A stretch of 24,000 bases of DNA from Methanobacteriota archaeon. Lineage in GTDB: Archaea > Thermoplasmatota > E2 > DHVEG-1. Position numbers and translations under genes: made by a program. Numbering within the stretch: position 1 is the first letter of the stretch; each line of letters opens with the position of its first letter. The DNA lies in NCBI GenBank assembly GCA_963769885.1, contig CAVYNH010000006.1:502632-526631 (forward strand), written 5' to 3'. The notes beneath the pieces are model-generated. The model saw nothing but the letters and a program-made list of their open reading frames with translations. It searched no databases and was not told the origin of the DNA. Shown here piece after piece: positions 16,326 to 24,000 of this stretch.

Positions 16326-16448
16326 TCTTTCTTCCCATTTTCTCCTTCGCTATACTCGTTTTCGGTTCTTCAGGCAGGGTTCCTGACTTGGTTCTCCCCG
16401 TTCTTCTACCACAATCTCCATAAACAGCCGATAAGTTATCCTATCCCC

Positions 16449-17531
16449 GTGGACCCTCCCCCAAAACGGCCGAAGGTCAAGCTCTACACGGTCATCAGCC
16501 TTACCCTTAGCCTTCTCATCATCGTTCTTGTCCTGTACTTCACTATCAGCCCGGATACCGTGAACAAGCTATCCCAGGTGCAAATCCATTATGAGTTCTT
16601 CGTCTTCGCGATCCTATTGAACATCGCGTCCTGGGTGCTGTGGGGCTGGCGTCTCCAAGTCCTCGCCCGGTCGTTGGATCCAACGGTTCAGATTAGTCTC
16701 TGGGAAGGGACCCGTATCGTTATCGCAAACTTGTTTCTGGCGAGCATCACCCCGGCGCTTGCGGGCGGTGAGCCGCTTCGGATCTATCTCTTGAAAAAAG
16801 ATGGGATGAGTATTGGAGGAGCGACCGCCGCGATCATCGGGGAACGCCTCATTGACGCCCTCTTAATCTTGATCCTCCTGCCGTTCGCGTTCCTTATCTT
16901 TAAAGACCGACTCAATAGCCCGATGGTCGCCTGGGGTGCGGGGATTGGTATCGCTGTATTCATCGTGTTTATCGTCCTCTTCCTCTATGCGTTACGAAAC
17001 CCGGAGCGGATAAAGCGATTTCTTCTCTATCTCAATGAAAGGTTTTCGCGGTTGAGGAAAAAGAAGGAAGATTCGGCTGAGTCAGCGAAGTCCGTTTCGT
17101 TTATCAGTCGCGAGGTTGACAGCTTTTCCTCCAGCATGCGGTTCTTGACGGGTAAGGGGAAACGGGCGTTCTTGTACGTCAGCCTCCTGACGGTCGCTTT
17201 CTGGGGGGTCTCGTTCATGATTCCGTCAATGTTGCTGCGCGGCCTAGGATTGCCACCGTTCGTCATCGAATCCTATGCGGCGCAGCTGATCTTGCTGATT
17301 ATCGTGATGATGCCGACGACGCCGGGGAGCAGCGGCATTGCGGAGATTAGTATCAGCGGGTTGTACAGCGTCATCATCGGCGCGACCAATGGGTACCTGC
17401 TTGGAGTCTTCGTCCTCCTCTTCCGATTGATCACCTACCATATGAATTTGATCGCGGGGGCGATCTTCCAGTATCGGATCTTCAAATCGTTGACCTCGTT
17501 CACGTTCGACGCGCTGTCTAAGGATGATTGA
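16449..17531 (+). CDS. Flippase-like integral membrane protein (UPF0104 / LPG synthase TM domain, AglD-like)
   Basis: YEFFVFAILLNIASWVLWGWRLQVL...ITPALAGGEPLRIYLLKKDGMSIGGATAAIIGERLID...MMPTTPGSSGIAEI. Confidence 0.88.
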   Translation: MDPPPKRPKVKLYTVISLTLSLLIIVLVLYFTISPDTVNKLSQVQIHYEFFVFAILLNIASWVLWGWRLQVLARSLDPTVQISLWEGTRIVIANLFLASITPALAGGEPLRIYLLKKDGMSIGGATAAIIGERLIDALLILILLPFAFLIFKDRLNSPMVAWGAGIGIAVFIVFIVLFLYALRNPERIKRFLLYLNERFSRLRKKKEDSAESAKSVSFISREVDSFSSSMRFLTGKGKRAFLYVSLLTVAFWGVSFMIPSMLLRGLGLPPFVIESYAAQLILLIIVMMPTTPGSSGIAEISISGLYSVIIGATNGYLLGVFVLLFRLITYHMNLIAGAIFQYRIFKSLTSFTFDALSKDD

Positions 17532-17568
17532 GATATCATTTTAAATACGCCATGAGCTGTGGGGTGAT

Positions 17569-18204
17569 GTGTCCGCTCTCTCGGATTTCTTCGGCATAAT
17601 CGCCAACTTCATTCTGGCCACGATTTCGGTGCTGGGATATGGCGGCTTGTTTGTCATGATGGTCTTGGAGAGTATGGTGTTCCCTGCGCCATCGGAGCTG
17701 ATCATGCCGTTCGCCGGGTTCATCGCCTACCAAGGGAACTTTAACTTGATTCTCGTCATCGTGGTAAGCACGCTCGGCAGCATCGTGGGGTCGGTGGCCT
17801 CGTATTATATCGGGAAGCGGTGGGGCACGAAACTTGTGATATTGTACGGGAAGTACATGCTCATCGGTACAGATGATCTGCAGAAGACGGAGACATGGTT
17901 CCGGAAGCGTGGTGAGCTGACGGTGTTCGTGACCAGGCTGGTGCCGGTGATTAGGCATCTGATCTCCTTGGTCGCTGGTGTGGCGGAGATGGATTTCAAG
18001 AAGTTCGTCGTGTATACGCTGCTGGGGGCGGCAGTATGGAACTCGCTGATGGCCTATTTCGGGTTCTATCTGGGGGAGAATTGGCATTTGATTACCCAGT
18101 ACGCGGATGAGATCTCCGTCGTCGTGGTTATTTTGATCATCATCGGCGGGATGTGGTTCATTGTCCGTCATCTTCTTCGGCGACGGAAAATGCAGCTGGG
18201 GTAG
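17569..18204 (+). CDS. DedA family (SNARE-associated / VTT domain) membrane protein
   Basis: GLFVMMVLESMVFPAPSELIMPFAGFIAYQG...SYYIGKRWG...FVTRLVPVIRHLISLVAGVAEM. Confidence 0.92.
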   Translation: MSALSDFFGIIANFILATISVLGYGGLFVMMVLESMVFPAPSELIMPFAGFIAYQGNFNLILVIVVSTLGSIVGSVASYYIGKRWGTKLVILYGKYMLIGTDDLQKTETWFRKRGELTVFVTRLVPVIRHLISLVAGVAEMDFKKFVVYTLLGAAVWNSLMAYFGFYLGENWHLITQYADEISVVVVILIIIGGMWFIVRHLLRRRKMQLG

Positions 18205-18402
18205 GAAGCTTCCTTCTTTGTTTCGCTTTGAACAAAAATCTTATTGGTTCTGTGCGGGATTCAGGTCTTCATCCTAGTGGGACTGCATGAGTGATTCACC
18301 GAATCGGCTATGGTAATTCTTGTTCCAGTGGCGTCCTATGGATAAATCGGGGGTCGGTCCAAAAATAAAGGTGAGGGTTTTAGGAGATTCCCTAGACGAG
18401 AA

Positions 18403-18475
18403 TGGGCCCGTTGAGATTTGAACTCAAGTCACTTGCACCCCAAGCAAGAAGGATACCAAGCTACCCCACGGGCCC
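18403..18475 (-). tRNA. tRNA-Pro (anticodon GGG)
   Basis: Reverse complement GGGCCCGTGGGGTAGCTTGGTATCCTTCTTGCTTGGGGTGCAAGTGACTTGAGTTCAAATCTCAACGGGCCCA; stem CTTGC/GCAAG with loop TTGGGGT; T-arm TTGAG/CTCAA. Confidence 0.93.
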
Positions 18476-18521
18476 AGGAGAAACTGGCCGGGTGCTGACC
18501 AAGGGTGCATGCTGACAAGCC

Positions 18522-18529
18522 TTAATATA
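18522..18529 (-). promoter_or_regulatory. TATA-like element for tRNA-Pro
   Basis: ttaatata on + (TATATTAA on -), about 45 nt upstream of the tRNA 5' end. Confidence 0.45.
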
Positions 18530-18698
18530 GTTTTTACTCACCCAGACAATATATTATTCTTCTTTCCTTAGTGAAAGCGAGACCTGAGCCAAGGGTGTTT
18601 CCGTAAACCGATATTTTAATATGCAAGGACCTCATTCGTTACAATGGAGGAGGACGCCCCTGATAAGGCAATATTTACTACAAAAGCACTCTCTTAAG

Positions 18699-19802
18699 AT
18701 GAGTTGGCTCTTGATTATATTGGTTATGGCATCGATGTTGTTTACAAATATCCCTACCATGCCGGTGCGTGGAACCCATTGCAGTCTCGATTATACGCAC
18801 GACGTCAGCATCACCATCACAGCGCCGACAAAAGCCATCCACTACAAAGCGCCAGGCACGCAAAATATCAGCGGCACCGCTAAAAACAATGGGACTTCCC
18901 CTGAGACTGGGCTCGTCGCAACAGCCGCCTTCAACAATTCCGCCCATGAGTACTACAACAATTCCATCAGCGGAATCACCCTCGCGGCCGGTGACCAACA
19001 AGAGCTTTCCTTCCCTAACTTCACGTTCATGTGTGAGGACGTCTACACCCTCCGAATGAGCCTACCACTCGCCACCGACGAGGATCCGACCAACAACGCT
19101 CAGAGCATCACCCTCGGCATTGACGCCACCCCGCCCGTCGTCCAGATCATCGTCGACCCCCCGAACCCGAACGGACAGAACGGCTGGTACATCACCAACC
19201 CCAGCATCAGTTTCAACGTCTACGATCCTCCTTTGAATGGAACGAGCGTCCCAGGATCGGGAATCGCCAGCATCATGTTCAAGATTGACGACGGGTGTTG
19301 GATGACATACACAGGACCATTTGTCATTACAGCTGACGGCACGCATAGCATCACAGTCATGGCAATTGACAGAGTCGGCAATATAGGGATGTCGGAAATC
19401 TTATCCTATAAAGTCGACACCCATAACCCAACAATCACCCTGAGCAAGAAGATAGGGTTCAATTCAATTACTTTCACCGCAAACGTCTCTGATTTCGGCA
19501 GCGGCGTAGAACGGGTCGTCTTTTCCACGGATTATGAACAAGTAACCATCTATGAGCCTGGCCCATACATCTGGAGGCTCAGCCCCATACCGGGCCCAAA
19601 CGGAACCAACGTGAAGGCCCAAGTCTTTGACTACGCCGGCCGCAGCTCTATCGTATTTTCGGGATCCATCACCCCTCAAGCCGCACCACAGCCTCAGCAA
19701 TGCCAGAGCACACTCTTATGCTGGGCAAACGCTCGAGGAAGACCCCAACTCATCTTGGGCCGGTACCATATCTCTGGTAGAAACATCATTACTCTGTCCT
19801 AA
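18699..19802 (+). CDS. Secreted protein with CARDB-like and Ig-like/OmpL47-like domains
   Basis: Signal MSWLLIILVMASMLFTNIPTMPVRG; AHEYYNNSISGITLAAGDQQELSFPNFTF; GSGIASIMFKIDDGCWMTYTGPFVITADGTHSITVMAIDRVGNI; start may be 18621 or 18699. Confidence 0.7.
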   Translation: MSWLLIILVMASMLFTNIPTMPVRGTHCSLDYTHDVSITITAPTKAIHYKAPGTQNISGTAKNNGTSPETGLVATAAFNNSAHEYYNNSISGITLAAGDQQELSFPNFTFMCEDVYTLRMSLPLATDEDPTNNAQSITLGIDATPPVVQIIVDPPNPNGQNGWYITNPSISFNVYDPPLNGTSVPGSGIASIMFKIDDGCWMTYTGPFVITADGTHSITVMAIDRVGNIGMSEILSYKVDTHNPTITLSKKIGFNSITFTANVSDFGSGVERVVFSTDYEQVTIYEPGPYIWRLSPIPGPNGTNVKAQVFDYAGRSSIVFSGSITPQAAPQPQQCQSTLLCWANARGRPQLILGRYHISGRNIITLS

Positions 19803-19964
19803 TCGCGACCAGAACCTTCAGGGAGGTCTATTTCGTCGTCTTTCAAGAGACCTTTGCCGAAGTTGACGCTACCCACCCCTTTAAGGGTCAGAGCCACATC
19901 ACGTGGTCCGCACGCTCTTTTTCACATCCTTTAATATCATCCACTTGCTTCCCCATAGACAACC

Positions 19965-20237
19965 ATGAACATCGACCCCATCACCCTCATCGGCGTCGCC
20001 GCCGGCGCCATCACCTCCATCGGCTTCATCCCCCAGATCCTCAAAGGCCTCAGGACCAAACGACTCACCGACGTCTCCTACGGCATGCCCGCACTCCTCG
20101 CCTTCGGCATGGGCCTGTGGCTCTCCTACGGCATCCTCCGTGATGACGTGGCCATCATCGCCGCCAACGCCGTCGGCGTCACCTGCAACCTCCTCCTCGT
20201 CATCCTCAAATACCGATACGACCACCCCCGCCCCTAA
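19965..20237 (+). CDS. SemiSWEET-type (PQ-loop) transporter
   Basis: 90 aa: IGVAAGAITSIGFIPQILKGLRTKRLTDVSYGMPALLAFGMGLWLSYGILRDDVAIIAANAVGVTCNLLLVILKYRY. Confidence 0.9.
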   Translation: MNIDPITLIGVAAGAITSIGFIPQILKGLRTKRLTDVSYGMPALLAFGMGLWLSYGILRDDVAIIAANAVGVTCNLLLVILKYRYDHPRP

Positions 20238-20342
20238 CCGGCAATTATTAAATACTACCGCCCCGCATATCCCCGCCTGCCTCAGGGAAACACCCCCCTC
20301 AGACCTCCAGAGGACGTCCCTCTGGCCACGCTGCGAGACCGC

Positions 20343-20966
20343 ATGACCACTCCTCAGCCCACCCGCTCTCGCTCGACCCTTGCGGTCCTCATTAAACTCA
20401 TCTCCAACTCGTTCTGGGAATTCGCCGACTACTGCGCCTACAAAAGCGAAGGCGCCGCCCGCCTCTACGACAACCGCATCGGCGGCGACTACAAAGAAGA
20501 ATACGAACGCTGCGGCATCGCGACCGCAGTCAACATCCTCCACATCGGCTGCGGCGCCTACCCTCTCACCGAGATGGTCCTCGCCTCCGTCAGCTACGGA
20601 CATGTCACCGGCATCGACAAAAACCCCTCCACCGTCACCAAAGCCCAACACGTCATCACCCGCCGACGCCTCACCGACCGCATCACCATCCACCACGGCG
20701 ACGGCCTCACCTACCCGATCACCGCCTTCGACGCCGTCATTGTCTCCAGCTGCAGCATCCCCAAAATCGAGATCCTCGAACACCTCTCACAGACCACTAG
20801 CCCCCGCACCAACATCATCGTCCGCGAAGTCGACATCGCCTGCGCCGACATCGACCACTTCCTCGCCTCCCACCCCGAGATGACCACCCTGCAGCGCATC
20901 CGCCACAACCCCTTCCCATTCATCGAACCCATGGGCTGGGTCACCTTCCATATCCAGAAGCGATAA
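20343..20966 (+). CDS. Class I SAM-dependent methyltransferase, possibly nicotianamine synthase-like
   Basis: NILHIGCGAYPLTEMVLASVSYGHVTGIDKNPSTVTKAQHVI...DRITIHHGDGLTYPITAFDAVIVSS. Confidence 0.7.
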   Translation: MTTPQPTRSRSTLAVLIKLISNSFWEFADYCAYKSEGAARLYDNRIGGDYKEEYERCGIATAVNILHIGCGAYPLTEMVLASVSYGHVTGIDKNPSTVTKAQHVITRRRLTDRITIHHGDGLTYPITAFDAVIVSSCSIPKIEILEHLSQTTSPRTNIIVREVDIACADIDHFLASHPEMTTLQRIRHNPFPFIEPMGWVTFHIQKR

Positions 20967-21004
20967 TCTTTTTACCATCCCTCTTCGTTTCCCTCCTCGA
21001 CCCA

Positions 21005-22027
21005 ATGCCTGATCAAACCCCGACCGAGACCCAACCTCGGTATCACAACCGCATCCTCAATTTCATAGCCACCTGGCGGTCCTTCCCTGCCTATGAGATG
21101 CTCAGCTACCTCTTCATGTACGCAGGCGCGGTCATGTTCGCCTACGGCATCCATCGCTACACCCCCCAGACCTACCTCATCCTTATCCTAGCAATGGCGA
21201 CGATGTACGCCGGATTCTTCGCCGCCGTCATCTGGAACGACATCACGGACCAGGACATCGACGCGGTCGTCCACCCGAACCGACCCATTCCTGGGAGCCG
21301 GATCTCACCGCGGCGGTTCTTCGCCATCGCCCTGGTATTCTCCGCCATGACGTTCCTGTTCGCCCTCCTCGTCAGCCCCTGGTGCTTCATCCTCGTGGGG
21401 ACCGCCGCGCTCTTCGTCGCCGTCCACAACAAGTATCTGAAAAAAATAGTGAAATTTCCTGCTTACTCCGAGATTTTCACCCCGGTGCAATGGATCGTCG
21501 TCCCCTTATTCGGCTTCTTCGCCGTCTGGTCCGCGCTCCCAACTTGTGTGGATTTCACGATCACCGCGCCCCTGCTCGGCTCGTTGTCGATCGCGCGGGC
21601 GGACCTGCTGCCCATGGCCCTACTCGTGTTGTTTACCTATTTCACGGACGATGCCCATGACCTCGCGGAAGGCATCCATGATGCCGACGGCGACCGCCGG
21701 ACCGGCGTGCGGACCTACGCGACCTCGTTCGGGCCACGGGTTGCGGCAGCCGTCTCGTTTTCCATGTTCCTCCTCTCCGGCATCCTCGGAATCCTCCTCT
21801 ATCTCTACTCACTCCTCACCTTGGTTTTCCTTCTCCCATTCCTCGCCTTCTGGGGATACACGCTCTTCTTCTCTATCCAGTTGCTGCGGGAAAAAGATCC
21901 ACAGCAACAAAAAGACATCGGGACAATCGTCGGCAGAAAAGGCTACAACCTTCTGTTGGTATCCTACGTGCTCATCTTCGTCGACGTCCTCATCCAGCTT
22001 CTGCTTAGCACGCCGAGAGGCTGCTAA
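21005..22027 (+). CDS. UbiA-family prenyltransferase
   Basis: IWNDITDQDIDAVVHPNRPIPGSRIS (first Asp-rich motif) and YFTDDAHDLAEGIHDADGDRRTGVRTYATSFG (second motif); polytopic. Confidence 0.9.
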   Translation: MPDQTPTETQPRYHNRILNFIATWRSFPAYEMLSYLFMYAGAVMFAYGIHRYTPQTYLILILAMATMYAGFFAAVIWNDITDQDIDAVVHPNRPIPGSRISPRRFFAIALVFSAMTFLFALLVSPWCFILVGTAALFVAVHNKYLKKIVKFPAYSEIFTPVQWIVVPLFGFFAVWSALPTCVDFTITAPLLGSLSIARADLLPMALLVLFTYFTDDAHDLAEGIHDADGDRRTGVRTYATSFGPRVAAAVSFSMFLLSGILGILLYLYSLLTLVFLLPFLAFWGYTLFFSIQLLREKDPQQQKDIGTIVGRKGYNLLLVSYVLIFVDVLIQLLLSTPRGC

Positions 22028-22950
22028 ACAGTTGGGGCGAGGAGCTTGAGAAGGAGCGCCAGCTGCGCCCACAGCCGGTTCTCCGCCTCGTCGATGATAA
22101 CGGACTGCGGGCCATGGGCCACGTCCTTGGTGACCTCTTCGCCGTAATAAATGGGCATGCAGTGCATGAAGATGGCGTCGGGCTTCGCCTTGCTCATCAC
22201 CTCGGCGGTGACCGTATAGTCTTTGAGGTCCGCGAGGCGTTTCTTGCGATCCTGTTCGTACCAAAACGAGACCCAGGTGTCAGTCGCCACGACATCGGAT
22301 GAGGCGACGGCATCGAGATCCGAGGTCACGGTAATGGTATGGTGCTTCGCTGCCGCGATCTCTTTCGCCTTCTGCACGTAAGAGTCGGCAGGCCAATAGG
22401 CCTTCGGGGCGATCACGGTCACGTCCATGCCCGTCAAGGCACAGCCGAGGAGGTAGGAATGCGTGAGATTATCATCGCCGTCGCCGATGAAGGTGAAGTG
22501 AAGGCCCTCCAACCGGCCTTTTTTCTCCTTGATGGTCATGAGGTCCGCGAGGATCTGGCAAGGATGCTCGTACCGGTCCAGACCGTTGATGACGGGGACG
22601 GTCGCAGCCGCCGCGAGCCCTTGGAGCCTCTTTTCATCGATCGCCCGGTACATGATGGCGTCCACGTAGCGGGACATGACCAAGGCGACATCCTCGGGCG
22701 TCTCCCGGGTGCCGATGCCGATTTCGTCCTTTGAGAGAAAGATTGCATGGCCACCGAGCATCGTCATGCCGACTTCGAAGGAGATCCGGGTGCGGGTCGA
22801 GGCCCGCTCGAAGATCATGGCAAGGGTCTTCCCCTGGAGGTACGGGGTGTGCTTCCCGGCTTTCTTCACCTGTTTTAGGCGGATGCCGAGGTCGATGATG
22901 CTGGTGATCTCGTCTTTCACATCGAGGATTGAAAGCACGTTTTTCTTCAT
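22024..22950 (-). CDS. argF: Ornithine carbamoyltransferase
   Basis: LAMIFERASTRTRISFEVGM, MYRAID, NGLDRYEHPCQILADL, FMHCMPIYYGEEV; start reassigned from 23004 to 22950 (MKKNVLSILDVKDEITSII). Confidence 0.93.
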   Translation of the reverse strand: MKKNVLSILDVKDEITSIIDLGIRLKQVKKAGKHTPYLQGKTLAMIFERASTRTRISFEVGMTMLGGHAIFLSKDEIGIGTRETPEDVALVMSRYVDAIMYRAIDEKRLQGLAAAATVPVINGLDRYEHPCQILADLMTIKEKKGRLEGLHFTFIGDGDDNLTHSYLLGCALTGMDVTVIAPKAYWPADSYVQKAKEIAAAKHHTITVTSDLDAVASSDVVATDTWVSFWYEQDRKKRLADLKDYTVTAEVMSKAKPDAIFMHCMPIYYGEEVTKDVAHGPQSVIIDEAENRLWAQLALLLKLLAPTV

Positions 22951-23017
22951 GGAAGCAGGCTCCTTGTGAAATCCCCCTCCGTATATTAAGATTGTGAAGA
23001 CCACCGAATCCAGAGCC

Positions 23018-24000
23018 TTATGGGAGGACGGTCTCCCTCGGGATCGAACTCGGATTAATTGCGGTATGCTGCCTGGAGAACCGGGGAGGGATGAGCTGCA
23101 GGGTCGTCGAGGTCTTCCTCTTCTTCGGATGCGACTCGACCTCCATCGTCAGCCCGAGGCCTTTGGGGGGTTTGAGGAAGGTGAAGCGGACGGCGCTGTG
23201 CCCATGCCGGGGTGCCTCGCGTAGGGGCTCGTTCTTGCACAGGCCCGTGAGAGGGACCGCATGGTCGCGGTCGGTGAAGGTGCCCTCGATTCTGCCGGGG
23301 AGTTCGCAGAGGACGTAGGCGGTGAAGAACTTCTTTCGTCTGGGGAGGTCGATGTATTCGTAGGATTCGCAGGTGGAGGTGAAGCGGAGGCGGAGGGTCT
23401 TGTCGTCGAGCCTGCCGAAGAGTTCGAGGTCGCTGGGGTAGTAGACGTCGTGGTCTTTGATGTAGCGGACCTTGTTGTATTTGAAGTGGAGGTCGCAGAA
23501 TTCGAGGTAGTGTCTGCCGTCGGCGGTGAGGTAGAGGGGGCCGAAGCAGGGGCCCTGGGTGAGCCAGAGGAGGGTGTTGCCGAAGAAGAAGCTCCAGTCG
23601 TTGTCGAAGACGCCCCAGAGCCAGTCGAAGCTCATCGGGTTGTTGTCGGTGGCGAAGCCGATCTTGGTGGGGAGATGGTGGTGGTGTTGGGAGAGCCACC
23701 AGTAGCCGAGGCGCAGGTAGGTGCCTAGGGTTTTGGGGACGCCGCTGACGGCCTGTAGCGGGTTTTCGTAGGACCAGTTGCCGTAGGCGTGCTCGAAGTA
23801 GCCTTTGCCGGTGAGAGTACGAGTCATCCCTTGGTGGGTCATGGTGCCGGTGAGGGTGAGGTGGGGGATGAAGCCGTAGCGGTAGTGGTTCAGGCCAGCG
23901 GGGATGTAGCCGTTGGTGGTTTCCTGGGTGATCCAGTGGGGCAGCGCGCGGGCATCCAGGGTGATGTCAGCGGAAAAGGCGGCGTCCGGGTCGTGGAGGC
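23018..24000 (-). CDS. CrtC/AttH-like lipocalin-fold protein (partial, N-terminus outside the window)
   Basis: GKGYFEHAYGNWSY...DNDWSFFFGNTLLWLTQGPCFGPLYLTADGRHYLEF resembles AttH/CrtC-like domains. The frame stays open to the window edge (LHDPDAAFSADITLDARALPHWITQETTNGYIPAGLNHYRYGFIPHLTLTGTM...). Confidence 0.6.
   Translation of the reverse strand, partial: LHDPDAAFSADITLDARALPHWITQETTNGYIPAGLNHYRYGFIPHLTLTGTMTHQGMTRTLTGKGYFEHAYGNWSYENPLQAVSGVPKTLGTYLRLGYWWLSQHHHHLPTKIGFATDNNPMSFDWLWGVFDNDWSFFFGNTLLWLTQGPCFGPLYLTADGRHYLEFCDLHFKYNKVRYIKDHDVYYPSDLELFGRLDDKTLRLRFTSTCESYEYIDLPRRKKFFTAYVLCELPGRIEGTFTDRDHAVPLTGLCKNEPLREAPRHGHSAVRFTFLKPPKGLGLTMEVESHPKKRKTSTTLQLIPPRFSRQHTAINPSSIPRETVLP

Noticed and set aside
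19620-19866. Possible frameshift at the C-terminus of the Ig-like secreted protein
   Set aside because: Alternative frames gave no convincing domain continuation, so truncation could not be supported.
19899-20966. Long antisense ORF 19899-20783 (-) and overlapping ORF 20380-20883 (+)
   Set aside because: Composition-driven; the real coding frames are SemiSWEET and the methyltransferase.
23018-23060. tRNA-like T-loop motif (GTTCGATCC on the minus strand) near 23032-23050
   Set aside because: Flanking 5-nt segments are not complementary and there are no acceptor or anticodon stems; it lies in the CrtC-like coding frame.
23055-23728. ORFs 23055-23699 (-) and 23261-23728 (+) with strongly biased residues
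   Set aside because: Shadow frames of the CrtC/AttH-like gene.
1-24000. CRISPR arrays, transposases, integrases, phage genes, toxin-antitoxin or defence islands
   Set aside because: No regularly spaced repeats, terminal inverted repeats or recognisable mobile/defence proteins were seen by eye in either strand; the window looks like ordinary archaeal chromosome.

Overview
This 24 kb window is gene-dense archaeal chromosome. The call rests on TATA-type promoters, an intron-bearing tRNA-Trp, an eL41-like ORF, KptA with an N-terminal zinc ribbon, a DUF62 protein, a DUF357-like protein and many membrane/glycosylation genes. Supported content: the 3' end of a galU-like gene; a tight WbpB/WbpD/WbpE-like sugar-nucleotide cassette; a GT2 glycosyltransferase and a flippase; DUF62; a flavin reductase; a winged-helix regulator with an MMPL/RND transporter; rpiA; kptA; three tRNA genes (Lys-CTT, intron-containing Trp-CCA, Pro-GGG); a DUF5678-like plus retropepsin-like pair; an AglD-like flippase; DedA; a secreted Ig-like protein; SemiSWEET; a SAM methyltransferase; a UbiA prenyltransferase; ornithine carbamoyltransferase; and a CrtC/AttH-like partial ORF. 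The strongest non-ORF signal is the 66-nt tRNA-Trp intron. It reads as an almost perfectly spaced box C/D guide RNA (two 12-nt guide regions, predicted targets C34 and C39) with a non-canonical AUGA D box. Three genes (WbpB-like, flavin reductase, zinc ribbon) each become full length with a single-base correction, which suggests sequencing or assembly indels. I did not find a convincing large novel multi-gene system. All protein family calls are from recognition of the sequence, with no database search.
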